Source: Trichoplax adhaerens
Taxonomy: Eukaryota; Animalia; Placozoa
Reading direction: 5' to 3'
Length of the DNA: 64,000 nucleotides
Assembly: GCF_000150275.1 (NCBI RefSeq)
Contig: NW_002060943.1
Location: forward strand, 10,696,209-10,760,208
In this document: in pieces, positions 41,601-55,700 of the stretch
Position numbering within the stretch: position 1 is the first letter of the stretch
How the letters are laid out: every line of letters begins with the position of its first letter
Made by a program: the position numbers and the translations under genes
The notes under the pieces: generated by a model
Database searches by the model: none
What the model was told of the DNA's origin: nothing
The model's input: only the letters and a program-made list of their open reading frames with translations

Positions 41601-44224
41601 AATACTGTTATCCGAATGATTTATGTTATAATTATAGTGTTGTTCTTTCTCTGATCAGGCAAAGGACCTCCAGCAAGCCAAATCAAGCTTGTCTATGTTG
41701 AGCGTAAAGTTCCTATTAATGTATTTATCATTATGGTTGTCTTATCTTGCATGGCTATACTTTTAGCGATTGCTTTCCTGATTTATAATAACAAGTACAG
41801 AAACGAAAGGTAATATTATATTGAATATTCAACATTCTGATTAATATCTAATTAGGAGATACTATAAGCTATTAATTCCATCTTAGTAGTATCGGTTCAA
41901 ACAAATCTCTGTTCCGGCTTAATAACCTTTTCTCAGATAAATTTTAATTAATTTTCATAATAATTCATTTATGAAGGAATTTGGTAGATTATGAAACTGT
42001 ATTAACTGAATGCGAAAAATTTCTTTAATATTGAAGCGAATGCAACAAATATTTAGCAGTTACTGTTAGATTTAGTTAAATTTAAGTCATAGTCATACTT
42101 AATTTATTTGTTTACTAAACGATCTCAAACACATACAATAGTTGTATATTACCAATAGGTAAATTGTTTTATTTTCTATCGGAACACGTATGCCTACCTA
42201 TTCAACAGTATCACTCGAGCCATAGTATATGCCTGAATGTATGCTACTCAAATTAGCATATTGATTAAAATTTCAATAGCATTTTCTAATCGAATCGTTA
42301 TTTTAGGCATTATTATGCTATAACTAACACTGCTAGTAAAAAATTTTATTATTTTCTCCTTAGGGTTATTAAAATGTCTAGTCCAAATCTAAACAACTTA
42401 ATTATAGTTGGATGTGTAAGCTTGTACTTGTCAATTATTGCCAGAGGAGCAATTAGCATCATTGTATCTCCTGTCTTTTGCATGGTAAGGGATCTTTCAG
42501 CCATCGTATGATACATGTACGTAGCATATTTTTTGGGGGATGCGTAAGGGAAATTGATTACTTAGTTTTATATTTTAAGATGAAGATTTTGAGTACAAGA
42601 ATTGATTTACTGTATACCTACATAGTAAATTATATTTGACTATAAGTCTCAAGATAGAGAAGACCTCTATCTGTCTCATTGCTTCAATCATATGCTGTAT
42701 ATTAGCTGATTTAATATTAACATGTTTAACGTATGGTTGATTTTGATTAAAAGTTGGCTCCGTGGTTGACAACACTAGGATTTGCAACAGTATCAGGATC
42801 AATGTTTGCTAAAACGTACCGGGCTTATAAGATCTTAACTACTAAGAAACGAATTTCTGTGAGTATCATTTTAAAACAATATTTTATCGCTTATGAATCA
42901 TCTGATAGATACGAATTTATCATTAATAATGTTATAAGGATTACGTTAAATTAATACTACATTATAATTACGATATTCTATAGCCATATTTGTATTAAAG
43001 ATAGCGTATTATACTTTAACATAGCCGATCCTTTAAATTTTTTCCTCCTTTTTTTCCAATTAAATCGATATTAATCAGCCAATACACGATTATCACTTGT
43101 ATGAAATTGTGGCCGCCTTAATCCTTGCTGAAACCGTAATACTCACTACCTGGACATTTATTGATCCAATGAAACCAATATATAAATTATTACCAAGAGA
43201 GGTTTGAACTTTTTAATAACCTGATTCTTGATATCGCTTTTTATCTTATCTACCTTTGCTAATGAGGAATATTAGAATGATTTTCGCACGGTATCTTCGA
43301 TAAGAATGATTGCAAGCCATTTTAGATTCTTCTTATCGCATTACTATGAATTTTAATCATCACCTTTAAGCATATATGCCAACTTTTTAAAAGAAAGTCG
43401 GTTATTGCATCAATATGAATCGAAATTAATTATCTTCATACAATGTATAAACCTATTAAACGAAAGAAACCAATGTTTCACTAACATAAGCACTCTATTC
43501 CGGAATAATCCGGCTATTAATGATACCACTATAACAATATCTTTTTACCTCCTAATATATATCTTGCAGTAAATTAAGATTCTCTCAATCATTTCCATAA
43601 ACAGGTCTCGTCTAATCAGCAATCATTGGTGGTCATTCCGCAGTTATTGGAATGCAATTGTCTACATAACATCATTTGGCTCGCGACTATTTTAACACTT
43701 AATGTATTTGTACTAATTTTTGGTGCGTTCTTAGCATATGAAGCGAGAAATATAAAATTATCAGTTATGAATGAATCCAAACAAATCGCTTTATGCATTT
43801 ATAACGTGGCATTATTATGTACTATTGTCATCCCAATCTCATTTTTTCTACCTAATACATTTGGAGAAACATATATTGCTTCAAGCGGTTTGATTTTATA
43901 CTGTACTACTACTACTCTTTGCATCTTCTTTGTTCCGAAGGTAATTTTATAACAGTTTCGCTACTGATATTTCGAACTATTCGAAGATGGTATCATATAC
44001 TATGTTACATCGGCATTAGTTTTTAATTCAAGAAAGATATTTGATGGCAACTGATAAGATATAAATACATTTTGTTTCAGGTCAAGCTTAACAAAAGCGA
44101 CGCTCTAACTATTACTAGCCAACTAGTATCAGTAAGTCGAAATAAAAGATCGCCTCTACGTATTCGTAATAAGACTACATTGATAAGTATGGGATCCAGT
44201 AAGTCAGATATCGTTCAGAAATAA
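35644..44224 (+). CDS. GABA-B receptor-like class C GPCR, paralog B (15 exons, ~760 aa, apparently intact)
   Basis: Same exon structure as A with canonical GT-AG sites: approx. 35644-35868, 36344-36481, 38245-38415, 38726-38833, 39141-39206, 39850-40047, 40159-40401, 40990-41056, 41412-41501, 41659-41809, 42364-42484, 42754-42858, 43079-43201, 43605-43940, 44081-44224 (VKLNKSDALT..DIVQK*). Confidence 0.92.
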
Positions 44225-47200
44225 ACCAGTCTACTACAAAATGGTTGCCAAAATTCCTGCTGTAATTGCGAAATATATATAATATCTAAACGCTGGCTAG
44301 ATGCAGTACATTGTGGAATAAACTGCATCGGATTCTTATAAGTAAAGTGAAAACACCCTACTCGCAAACATATATCTGCTCATTTAAAGAAATTTTATAT
44401 AAATACATAAGTATATATATTTGCTGTATATTACACCTTAAATGCTAAGTATATTTTGCGAATGCCCTTAAGTGGCACTCATCAGTCATCGATACATGCA
44501 TGAGATAGAAATTATGGATTTGGTATTTGATAAGAATTGATGAGAATCAGTGAAATGAAATTAATACAGGCGCTATTGTCTACTTTTAAATGGAATTTTT
44601 TTATACATCTTCTTTTTGAGCAGAGACTAATCATGCAATGGTTAAATTTAAATCTAAACTTGCTTAATATGGCCACACCACTATAAACTAAACAAGTACT
44701 GTTTGCAAATAAGATAATATGAGTATTCTAAACCCTGTAAAGAATGAAAAGAGGCAAACTAAGGACTAGTAGTTTTATCTACATTACGACCAAAAATAGT
44801 TGAATAGATTTAGCACTTCAAATATTATAATATAAGCTGCGTATTTGCTTTCTCCGAATAAAAGTGAGGATATGATATAAAATTGTTGGTAAGTAACCGG
44901 TTGCAAAATACTATTTTATAGGCCACAAATGAAATATAGCAGAGTACTCAGTATCACAGAATTAAATAAAATATAAATACCGGCTACATCTTAATAGCCC
45001 TAAACTGTTAGTATCACTAAGTATAACTTTATAATTTGGGAATTAAATGTAATTTAGTAGGTTTACCACAGACACGTTGTAGTATAGGGCCTCCAGAAAC
45101 TTAGAAAGTCTATTTGCTTATGGTAATATGGGTTATTATCGCCAAACTTCTTAGAAACTATTATTAGTTTTTGAATATTTGATAAGGTAAATGTAAATGC
45201 ATGTCTAATACTATTGCCCCAAAACAGTTTTCAATAAGAAACTTAGAAAATTAGGGTTGTTTTGGTAATTTTGTTTACATTTTAGCGATAAATAGTGCTA
45301 GCGTTGGCTTTTGGCTTTGTGAATTTTTCTTGATACGATATTGAGTTAATGATCATTTCTATAATATTATGTACAGTATTTTTATTTATCTTCACACAGA
45401 ATAAAGTGTCTGCAGTCTTATTTCCATAATCGTTACGATCTTGCGGTAATTACACCGATTAGTTCATAATTAGCGCACTACTTCATAGTCCAGGTTAAAC
45501 ACTGATATACTTGCTACATGCTCTATCCAGTTTAGTAGTCACACACTGAATCAGATAAGAGTCCGATATTCAGTAAGAGTCTGTATATTTTGATAGTGAA
45601 AATCATTGGTGCTACAATTTCGTGAATTATGATGGAAATCTGTAGCTTCATTGATTACGATCAATTTCAATAAGTTGTATCAATACGTTTAATGGATAAT
45701 ATGGCCACGCAATGCACCGCATAGTGCATTTGATGCAGGATTGGAAATTGATTTTTCGATGCAAGTGGCTATATGAATCAATAAAAGCATTTGGTCTCTG
45801 CTACTACGGAATATTAATACATATTTATAAAGAGAATAAGTTATTTGCTGATTATAACTATAGAATAATGTATATTCTTAAAGCTAATGATAGCGTAGCA
45901 ATACAATTATCGTGTAGTGAATATATATTCGTCATGATCACACTGTGATGTGTGCGGTATGCTTTTATTAACATAACTTAACTGATAGATTTTAATGATA
46001 AATGATGTGAACTAGAAGACTATTTTGTAGCGACGCCGGAATAATTCAATCAACTAGGTAAAATGACGCCAAAAAAATTAAGGAAACTTTTCGAACTGCC
46101 AACCAAGGCAGCTGACAATAAAGATGAGTATTGTTCTCTACAGAAATTATAGCTATTTTGCGTGAGTAAGTTTGATGGTATAAATATTTCCAGTAACTGT
46201 TTTACTGTATAGTAAAGAACTATTGACATACGAGAAAAAATTTTGTTATATTACCTCAATACATCAAATCGGCTAACTTTTTACTATACAGCACATTGTT
46301 TCTCTTACCCCTCTACGTTGCAATATTTATCCAAAACCTGTAGTAAATTGTTTTTGAAAATATTAGGGTGATATAACTATGAATTTTACCGGCCGGATAC
46401 ATGTGGTTCGATAAATTAAAATCTAGCAATTTTAATTTGTCAATATCGTATTATGTTTCTAAGGACACGTTGTGAAAACATCATGTAAGGAGGATGTAAA
46501 TTAAAAGATCTATAAAAATGTTATAAATTACCATATGGAAAATATAAATAAACAGTAGCGTTCTCGTAGCTATATTACGGTCAGGGTTAAGCCAATAGCA
46601 ACGAAATCGTTCACCTACATGGTAGAAATGAACCTAGAAATATTATCTAAAAACATATTCCGACTTTACTTATATCACTCTTGAATAATAATTCGAGATT
46701 ATCAACCGTCTTCCTATAGGAAAATCATCTCATAAACTTATTTAAATATAAAAGTAAGGCATATAATACGAGGTTATGGTGTGGAATAGTAGAGTTGTCG
46801 TACTAAAATTATACCATACACATTAATGCACACAACAAATACTTTCTTTATTGAAAAGCCGTGTTTCACATCGCAGTTTATGATAATTTCTCGTTTATAA
46901 TAAATAAGTTATTCTAAAATCTGGCCCTATACGCAAAAATTACGGGACATGTCTTGAAATACATGCATTCCATAGCGATGTTAATGATATTTTAATAAAC
47001 AGATGCTGTATCGCAATAAACTAAGTATTGGATTGTTAATTATTAGCTATGTTTATTATACTATTTTTACAAGCTATAAACACTGGTAAGTAAAGATACT
47101 CTGCTGAAATAGAGATCACGATATGTAACATGATGCTGATTTACTGTTGATGCTAGTAATAAGAATAGATGATTAATTCATTTATTAGTCAAAAATAATC

Positions 47201-49722
47201 TGTATCACTCCCTTGCCGATGGTAGATTTTATATTCGTAAAAAATAAGCAGATTGTTGTCATGCAAATAGGAGTTATAGATCCTGGAGAAAAATATAAGC
47301 TGGCAATGTTAGAAAATTTATTTGCTATATGAGTATGCAATGAGAATTAGAGATGTGAGGAATTGCTATATTGTATAAAGAGCCTATTTAGAAGTAATAT
47401 CTCTAATTTTCTATAAGATTTCTCTAAATATAAATCTTTTTTATATAAGACTCGTTTCTGATTTTTATAATTCTTCTACAAGTATCTATTGTAGTGTAAA
47501 GTTAATCTTGAATGGTCTTCGTACTATGAGTGCGTGAGTATTTTCGAATCGATAATGATACAAATGGCACATACTAGTATAATAAGTAGTCATAATTTTA
47601 AATCTATCAACGCCAAAGTTTAACTGATATGCTGTAATTTAGTAAAAGAGACTAACTGTATCATTCCAAATCAAGATATTGGCAAGACACTGGCGAAACA
47701 ACAGATCATGGAGGGAAAAATTTTCAAAGACATGAAATACTTTCATCTGATTCACGAACTTGGATCATAATTGAATTTCGAAAGACTCTTATAGGTTACG
47801 GTGTTAAATTACTGAACCAAACTGTATTATAGCGCGATAAGCAAATTTTTCTTTCCTGATCAGTTTTCATATATCTATCCATATAGTTAGTTTATTAAAG
47901 TACGATCATAATTTAGAAGAAGAATGTACCGAGTTTTTCTGTTATTGTGCTATTAAAATCTAGTTCGTTTATATATGATAGGTTATATAATCCTACTAAT
48001 ATATCAATAACCATGAAAGCAATCGAACTAGAACAGAGTTGCTCCTGTTAGAAATTATTTTTAATATCTTTAGCAATAGGACTAAACAAATCTTTATTTA
48101 CTGTTTATACAACAATTCTAAAATAGAATTATGGTTATACTGTAGGTTAGATTGTAAGGTTATGCAAGTATCTGTTCGTAGAAGACATCTACAATCATCG
48201 ATCGTAGCATTTTTATTCACAATGTTTTTAATAATTATATAATGAATCATTTACAGATTGAACTATGTTAGCACAGTGAGAGAGACCGAGATGGCAAGAT
48301 AAATACAGGCATTTCAAGAAGTATAAATAAATAGGCAACCTATAGCATATAAACCGTAGGACTTATTGTTATTACTTAGATACAGATATTCTTTAGTTAA
48401 GAACTGATTTACGTAACAAAGTAAAGCTAACAAGAAATCGGACTCATGTTATATTATTTCTAGATACAATATTACATAAATATATTCTTTTTACGAAAAC
48501 ATAAAATAGAATTAAAAAAAGTAAATTAATAGCTGCCATTAATTGTGAATTCACGCAATGATCACAAAGGAATATTGCTTTCATTATTCTTTGCAAGTCT
48601 TGTCAGACACTTTATTGTTGATATAATTGCGTTAGCAGATAGCAACATAAGTTTAATCAAGACGTTTGAACAAAGATTTAACTCCCATTATCTTGCAGTA
48701 ACCCTAAACTGGGGTTACATTGCATTTAATTCAAGGTAATGAAAAAATAATGATAAGAAAATTATACCGCAGACTAAAATTAAATTTAGATGGATTAACT
48801 TTCCAGAAGATAACAGAATTTGTAGCATTAATACGTTAAAATTGAGAGAGAAAACATTGCCAATTACATCATTTCTACTTATTAAATTTTTAAAATAGTA
48901 AAATACTATAACAACAAATAAATATCTTAAAATTGAAAAATGAGAATGAAGAGTATCGCAATCAAAACTGATCTGGGCGTCTATTAAATCGAAAGAAGAC
49001 ATAAAACCTTGAGATAACCTTAGGATAATCTGTATATTAACTAGCCGAGTCTATTTTCAACCATTTATTCGGATAATTTCATGAATAAATAATGGCAAGA
49101 CTACGAAATTGCACCAAGGATGATGTAAGATTCATCCTTATAATTACATTCATCTTTTTAAAATTGTTTCAGGCTCAAATAAAGGACTAATATAGGGAAA
49201 AAGCTGTCATTGATCTTAATGGCAGGAGTCAAAAGTACATTATACTTGTAAAATATTTACGCAGATCCGTAGATTAATGTTACTGTTATTGTTTACTATG
49301 AAATAAAGCATGACTACTGATATTCTTCTCTTTTATGTTTTTAGAATGAACTATTAGTGGATGGAAGTCGATAGATTTAGTATATTTGTAAATAAAGTCC
49401 TTTATTATTTATATTGTTCCATAAAGACATCCATTTTCGTCATTATTTTATTGGTTATTGTGTAGATATAATTGGCAACATCGGTGCTCTGATCAGATAG
49501 AATTCTTTATAATTTTTACTCTACCGTTTAATTTTAATTGATATTGAATATCTTTTCCGATCAAATTCTTCAAAGGAGTATAGGTGCCATACCAAATTAG
49601 TCTAAAATAGTAGATGTGTTCTGCCTTCTATGTAACTACAGCGCCTTTATTTTATTTTTCATCAGCTAAACTCCTACCCATATACCTACGTTCCAGAAAA
49701 TTTCTAAATAACATATTGCATT

Positions 49723-52700
49723 ATGAAGCTTAAAATTATTATATTTCTGTTATTTTATATAAGTATTGAAAGCTTCTGCGAAAGTGATAAAATTGACCTG
49801 TATATTGGTGGATTTTTCCCAATCGATAATGTCGGTTGGAATGGTAGTGGCTTAGTACCAGCGTCTCAAATGGCAATCGATGATATTAACTCTAGAGATG
49901 ATATATTACCTAACTATAGGCTTAATTTAATTGTTGGAAACACCAAGGTAAGAATAACTAAAATAAACTAGATTAAAAATGATCCTACTGCTGTACTTTC
50001 TAAGGTCTATATCGTTATCACTACTTGATTCTAAATATTAAAAGTAATCTGAGAAAATTTGTTCCAAAAAATTTTTTGCCGCTAGGATTATCAATTCTTT
50101 TATAATATCATAGGATTGAATATATGCACATTACCATTGTCATGTACACGTATTTACAGCTCTTGTTCTTAAACGTACCACAATTTAATTTATAAGGAGC
50201 ATACCATTAATCCCTTTTAGTTTCACGAAAGGCTAAATCGTCTTCAAAAGTCAATATGATGATATTCATAGTCTATTTCCTTTATAAAGGCATCGGCTAC
50301 TTTAGGTGTTAAAGTCTTATTCGATTTTATCCACCTGCCGCCAAAGAAAATAATGCTTCTAGGCTCTGGTTTTTCTCGTGTTACGTCTGCAATAGCTGGA
50401 GTAGCGAAATATTATAACTTAATTCAGGTTAGTTTTTGTTACATATATAAAATATCTTTACGAGACGTAATACACTATTTATATCTTAAGACTGTTATCT
50501 TCCGATATTATTGTATTGCATATCAGTAATAACTGGTGTGCATAAAGCATCATTTATCAATATCTATAATTTTTGTCAAACTATAGCAATACTATCTTTA
50601 TAATAAAATAAGTAGTCTAATCTTAAAGTCCTTTGACAATCGTTGTGATGGAGTGGAAAAACCTTAGTTTTATTCAATTTGTAATGTACTACTCAGTTTC
50701 CAATTTTAATATTCTATAATAAATTTTTGCATTATAAATATATGAATAAATTCAGATTTGAGTTATTATTATTGCTATCAATTTTTTACTGACAAGGCAA
50801 CCTTTTAATTGACATTAATTTCGTATTATTTCGTCAAACAATCCTAGCAAGTCTTCTAAAAACGCAATTCCTAACAGTTGAAAAAATATGCGCTCCATTT
50901 CTCTTCAGAACCATTTCATTGGCAGCGCAGATGAAAATATTTACGCATTGCGAGTCTCGTATGCTTAAATCATTTAGTGTTTCTAATATTTATTATACTT
51001 TAAAAGACCGCCGGAAAACGCTAAAAAAAATACGTTAACTTTCAAAGCATCTTCTCAGTAGATTAATAGTTAACATTTTGAGGACCATTTCTAGGCTCGG
51101 CCATTTTTACCAATAATTTCTTTTTACAATTGTAATGAGGAATTGTAATTACGATGCTTTCAAGAAATTTCGTCTATTATCTTGGTATATAAACTATTTA
51201 AGCAATCTGCAATTTTTAAATTGGCTTAATACTTCCTATATTACACCCCCAAGTAGAAATTAAATTTTAAGCAATAATATTGTATAAACATATACTATTC
51301 AACCAACACCTAAGATCGCATAGTAACAGCCTATTAATTTTTAACTAGAAAAGTTATTTATTATATCAACTCACAAGATTAGTAATGTGCGGAAGTGCAA
51401 TATACTAAAATTAAGTGGATCTGGCTGCAGTTTTACTTACAAAATTATTATGAACCGAGATCAGTTTTACTTTATTCATTTTTGGTATACACGGTAATTT
51501 GTAACAAATTAAATCTAATACAAAAATGGAGTATAAATGCGCATAGGATAATCGATCATTACTAAATATTAAGTATTGTACGAGTAATTAACGATATTAG
51601 ATTCATTAAATTGTATTGGTATAATTTTCCACAATTTTTAAAATGCCAACGTTATCTCTTCATAATAATATTTGTTATACTTTGACATCATCTCAAGATA
51701 GATTAAGTATTAACATTGGGATATAGTATGCTAATTCGGTTAGCTAGAACTATTACGGTTAGAGAACGTGTCCATAAATCGTGAATATAAATCAGAATTC
51801 TAATATTATATGTCTTGGTCGGTACTGATCTTAAGAGTTTAGGTAAAAATAAATTAATGTCAAATTCTTTCAATTTAGTAACTTATTCTTTCCGTTAGAA
51901 ATAGTTTAAATCTCAAAATTCTATGCATCTTAAACCGTACTCAAAGAACTTTTTCCGTATAACTACGATTTTATCAAGTTAAAATAGCCTAAATATATCA
52001 AAATTTATACAGTTATTTTAAAAATTAAGCTTCTGGAGATAGGCTGGATCTATCGGTTCACTTAACTGTTATAGATTATATGAATGGAATAGTATAGTGC
52101 GTAAAGGTCAATACTTTATTATAAAAGGTAAAAAGAGGCTGATTCCTATTGTTAAAGATACACAGTAAATATCTCAAATGAACATACGGGTATCATATTT
52201 TATATGCAGTCCACGATTGTGATTATATTTAGCTTGAATAATTAAGTTGCTATGGCTCTTTCGATAAACATGATTTGCAAGTATACACGCAATTTAATAC
52301 TCTAATTGCCAATAGCCGAAGGCTGTATCCACCATTAAGCTTAAATCAGTTACAATACGCTAATATCGCCTTTCATTTTTGATATCGTACTTTCTGAAAG
52401 TAGTAATATTAAAGAATTAAAGCTAGGGTTAACGTATCTTTTATCATTTTGAATATGCCGTAAAATTTAGAATGCTTTGTTCTAGACATCAGAGAATCAG
52501 TCATATCTGATTATCTACCGTAAATTTTTGATTTACTAATTGCAAAATTCGCGGCGTTGAAGAATGACAGGTGACATATTACAGTAAATGACTAGTAGCT
52601 TCCGCTCTATCATGAAGCCATTTCTCCACAATTTACAGCATCATGTGATGCTGTAATTTTAATCAAAGATTGCCAAATGCCCTACTTGTTTGAACTTTCC

Positions 52701-55700
52701 TTTTCAAGTACCGTAATGTAAAGTAATGTCAATCGCGAAACATTTCATCCGTAGTTTATGGAAGCATTTGCAATACAACCTTTACCAAAAAATATCCGTA
52801 TTCGTTTTCAAGACAAGCTTTTCGGATTAATTTACAATAACTGATATATACTTATTTCATCACTGACGTCTATGCGTGCATGCGAGGATACCATATATAA
52901 GCAGTACTAATGTTAAATAATTTTTAAAATAATCTTCCATGTTTATCAGCAAAAAATCTTATAAAAATTATTCTATGATTGCCGAATACGACCTAGATTG
53001 ACTAGGGCATTTGATTGCTAAGAATTTAAAATGAAAGCTTTTGTTCAGAAAGTCTATTCATATAATTCTAATCATAACTTACCAGCAGCGACAAAAATTT
53101 TCGATTTATGAAATTTACTAACAAGTTTTAAGGGCTGGTAACAATTCTAGTGCAATAAAAGATCGTTCAATTAAAGTAAATAGACGTGTATGCGTATAAC
53201 TTGTAGATTCCTGATTTAGCACAATTATATCATAGCAATTAAAAGAGGTTCGAATTTTTTGCCCTAGCTGATGAGATTTATTAATTTACTTGACGATAAA
53301 CTATTAACTAATTTATTTTGGTCAGTCATTAAGTTATGACCAAATTACTATCTTCCATTTTGTTCATGTTAGACAACATTCTCTTCCGAGAGTGCTCTGC
53401 TGTCCGATAAAAGTGAATATCCATTCTTGTTCCGAACATGCTTTTCCGTTAATGCTTGGAACATACCTCAGGTAGCATTAGTTAAGCATTTTAATTGGAC
53501 ACGGGTAGCTACACTGACCAGAAGAAGCGATCTATACGATGCAGTAAGTCACATTCTGTTTATTGATATTTTAATCTTAAATAATTTAGTGCAACTTATC
53601 TTTGGTAAGAAAAATTCGCGTTATTAAAAGCAAGTCACAGCTTTACGTTCTGAGCCAATTGCTAATTTTATGTACTACTAGTAAATAATTCCTTGCTACA
53701 ACTTTTAGAGTACGGAGAGATTATTAAGTGAACTCTATCGAGCAAAAGTTGAAGTAGTCGCTAAAGAAGGATTTATCTCAGGCACTAATTCCAGCCGCCA
53801 GATTAGAAACTTAAAGGTCGGTAATAATTATATTACTTAATTTAAATAATTATTACAATCATAGAAGATCATTCAACTAGTATAATACGTACTGTTGATT
53901 GACTCTTTCACATAATAATATCATTAAAATAAATCGTGAGATATTTCTGCTTAGTACTTTAAGTGAAGCATTTCTTGAATATGCAAAATATGCGTATACA
54001 CATGCATAATATCTTTTACAAATAAATTACTAGTATATCCTAATTTGAAGAGAACAATATCTTGATCAGGAAATTTTCTGCTTCTCAATGTCGTTCAGAA
54101 AATGATATTTTATATGTAGTCGTAGTTAAACCTTAAAAAAGTTTCTTTCTAATTACACTAAATCAGGCATCGATTATACCGAGTTAGTAGATAGAAGGAG
54201 TTTTGACTTATATTAATAATTTTACACGGCAGAAAAAAATTAGGAAATATAAAAGATCGTCATCTGATATAAAAGTTTACATAAATATATGATATACAAA
54301 TGTCGTATATACTGTATGACTAACGCATTAATACGGCACGATCTGTATTGAAATCAAGGCTATATTTTGCCTTAATCGCGATTAATAATAATAGATAGAG
54401 GTAACCTTGACCAAGGCGAATGAAGCATATGCAATTGTAAAAGTATGAGCGTATTAAAAAGTTTTATCGGAGGATGATTTTTTATGCAATAAATGTACTT
54501 GAATTAATATGCTATTGCAGTATGATAGATCTGTATGCAATCAGTTTAACTTAGAACAATTCTTTGCTAAAGCTCTTTCATTATGTTGAAATATCAATGA
54601 ACATGAGAATTACGGGCACATAAAGCAGAAATTTTACAGTTTATGATTTTCTGTTGATAATCTCTCTATTGAATTACAGTCAAGCCAAAACTTGCTTTCA
54701 ATCACTAAATAAATTCATTTTCTCTTTAATCGTAATAGAAAAATGACGCTCGGATAATTATAGCGCATTTACAAGAAGAAGATGCCATTGAAGTATTTTG
54801 TCAGGTCAGTCTATCAGGCATAGTTGATATTGTTATAAGGTTAACGATTACTTATAGACACAGCAATATTAATGTCATTAGTCTACTATCCTACGGTCAA
54901 GGGTTATAATCACTTCCTTCAAACAAGCTGATTCTATGATCTACATGAGCAAATTACGGGCTAGTAGATTTTCAAATTTTAAGAGAAGTGGATCGTTTAT
55001 ATATCCAAAATATCCAAAATATTATCAATTAATCTTTCTTAAAATAGATGCTAGCATAAGCTCTGAGATTTACATCAGAATTAAATGATAAATACGTCCT
55101 GTAGATTATGTGTTTTGTATTTTCGTTCTATCAACTGGCCTTATATAGTCCTATTATGTATAGTATCTGAGGAGATATGGTCAATAATTACGACTGAATC
55201 ATCTTTTGCATAAACAGGCTTATAAATATCAAATGTACGGACCGAACTATGCTTGGATTGTACCCGGGTTTCTTTCTAGAACATTTTGGAGCAAAGCAAC
55301 AAAGCTCGAACATGTCGATTGCACTCCAGAGGAAATTGCGATATCTGCAAATTATTCCTTATCGATAAGTTTCGCTACGATGAATGTAGTTACAAGTGAA
55401 ACTATATCTGGAATGGTAAATTTAAAATATTTTTGATATTACCTGAATTTAATATTGCGGAATATGTAAAACCTTACATTTTGTCTAGTATAATGAACAA
55501 ATTTATCCTTAAGATTACGATAGAACTCACTTATGATAATTATTAAATTATATATTACTGTGATATATACCGATCACGAAATTCCAAATTTTAGAAAAAT
55601 AAGGGCTTTATTGAATCTTATACAAAGATTAACTACACACAGCTCTACTCCAACCGAATACTACTACTAAAGACTTCTAGAACGAACTAACAGAATAATC

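Noticed and set aside
45085-45255. Recurrent agaaacttagaaa motif
   Set aside because: It is too degenerate to define an element or boundaries.
52633-52656. Short intronic hairpins (also 59587-59607)
   Set aside because: These are isolated 8-11 bp stems with no supporting context and are compatible with chance.
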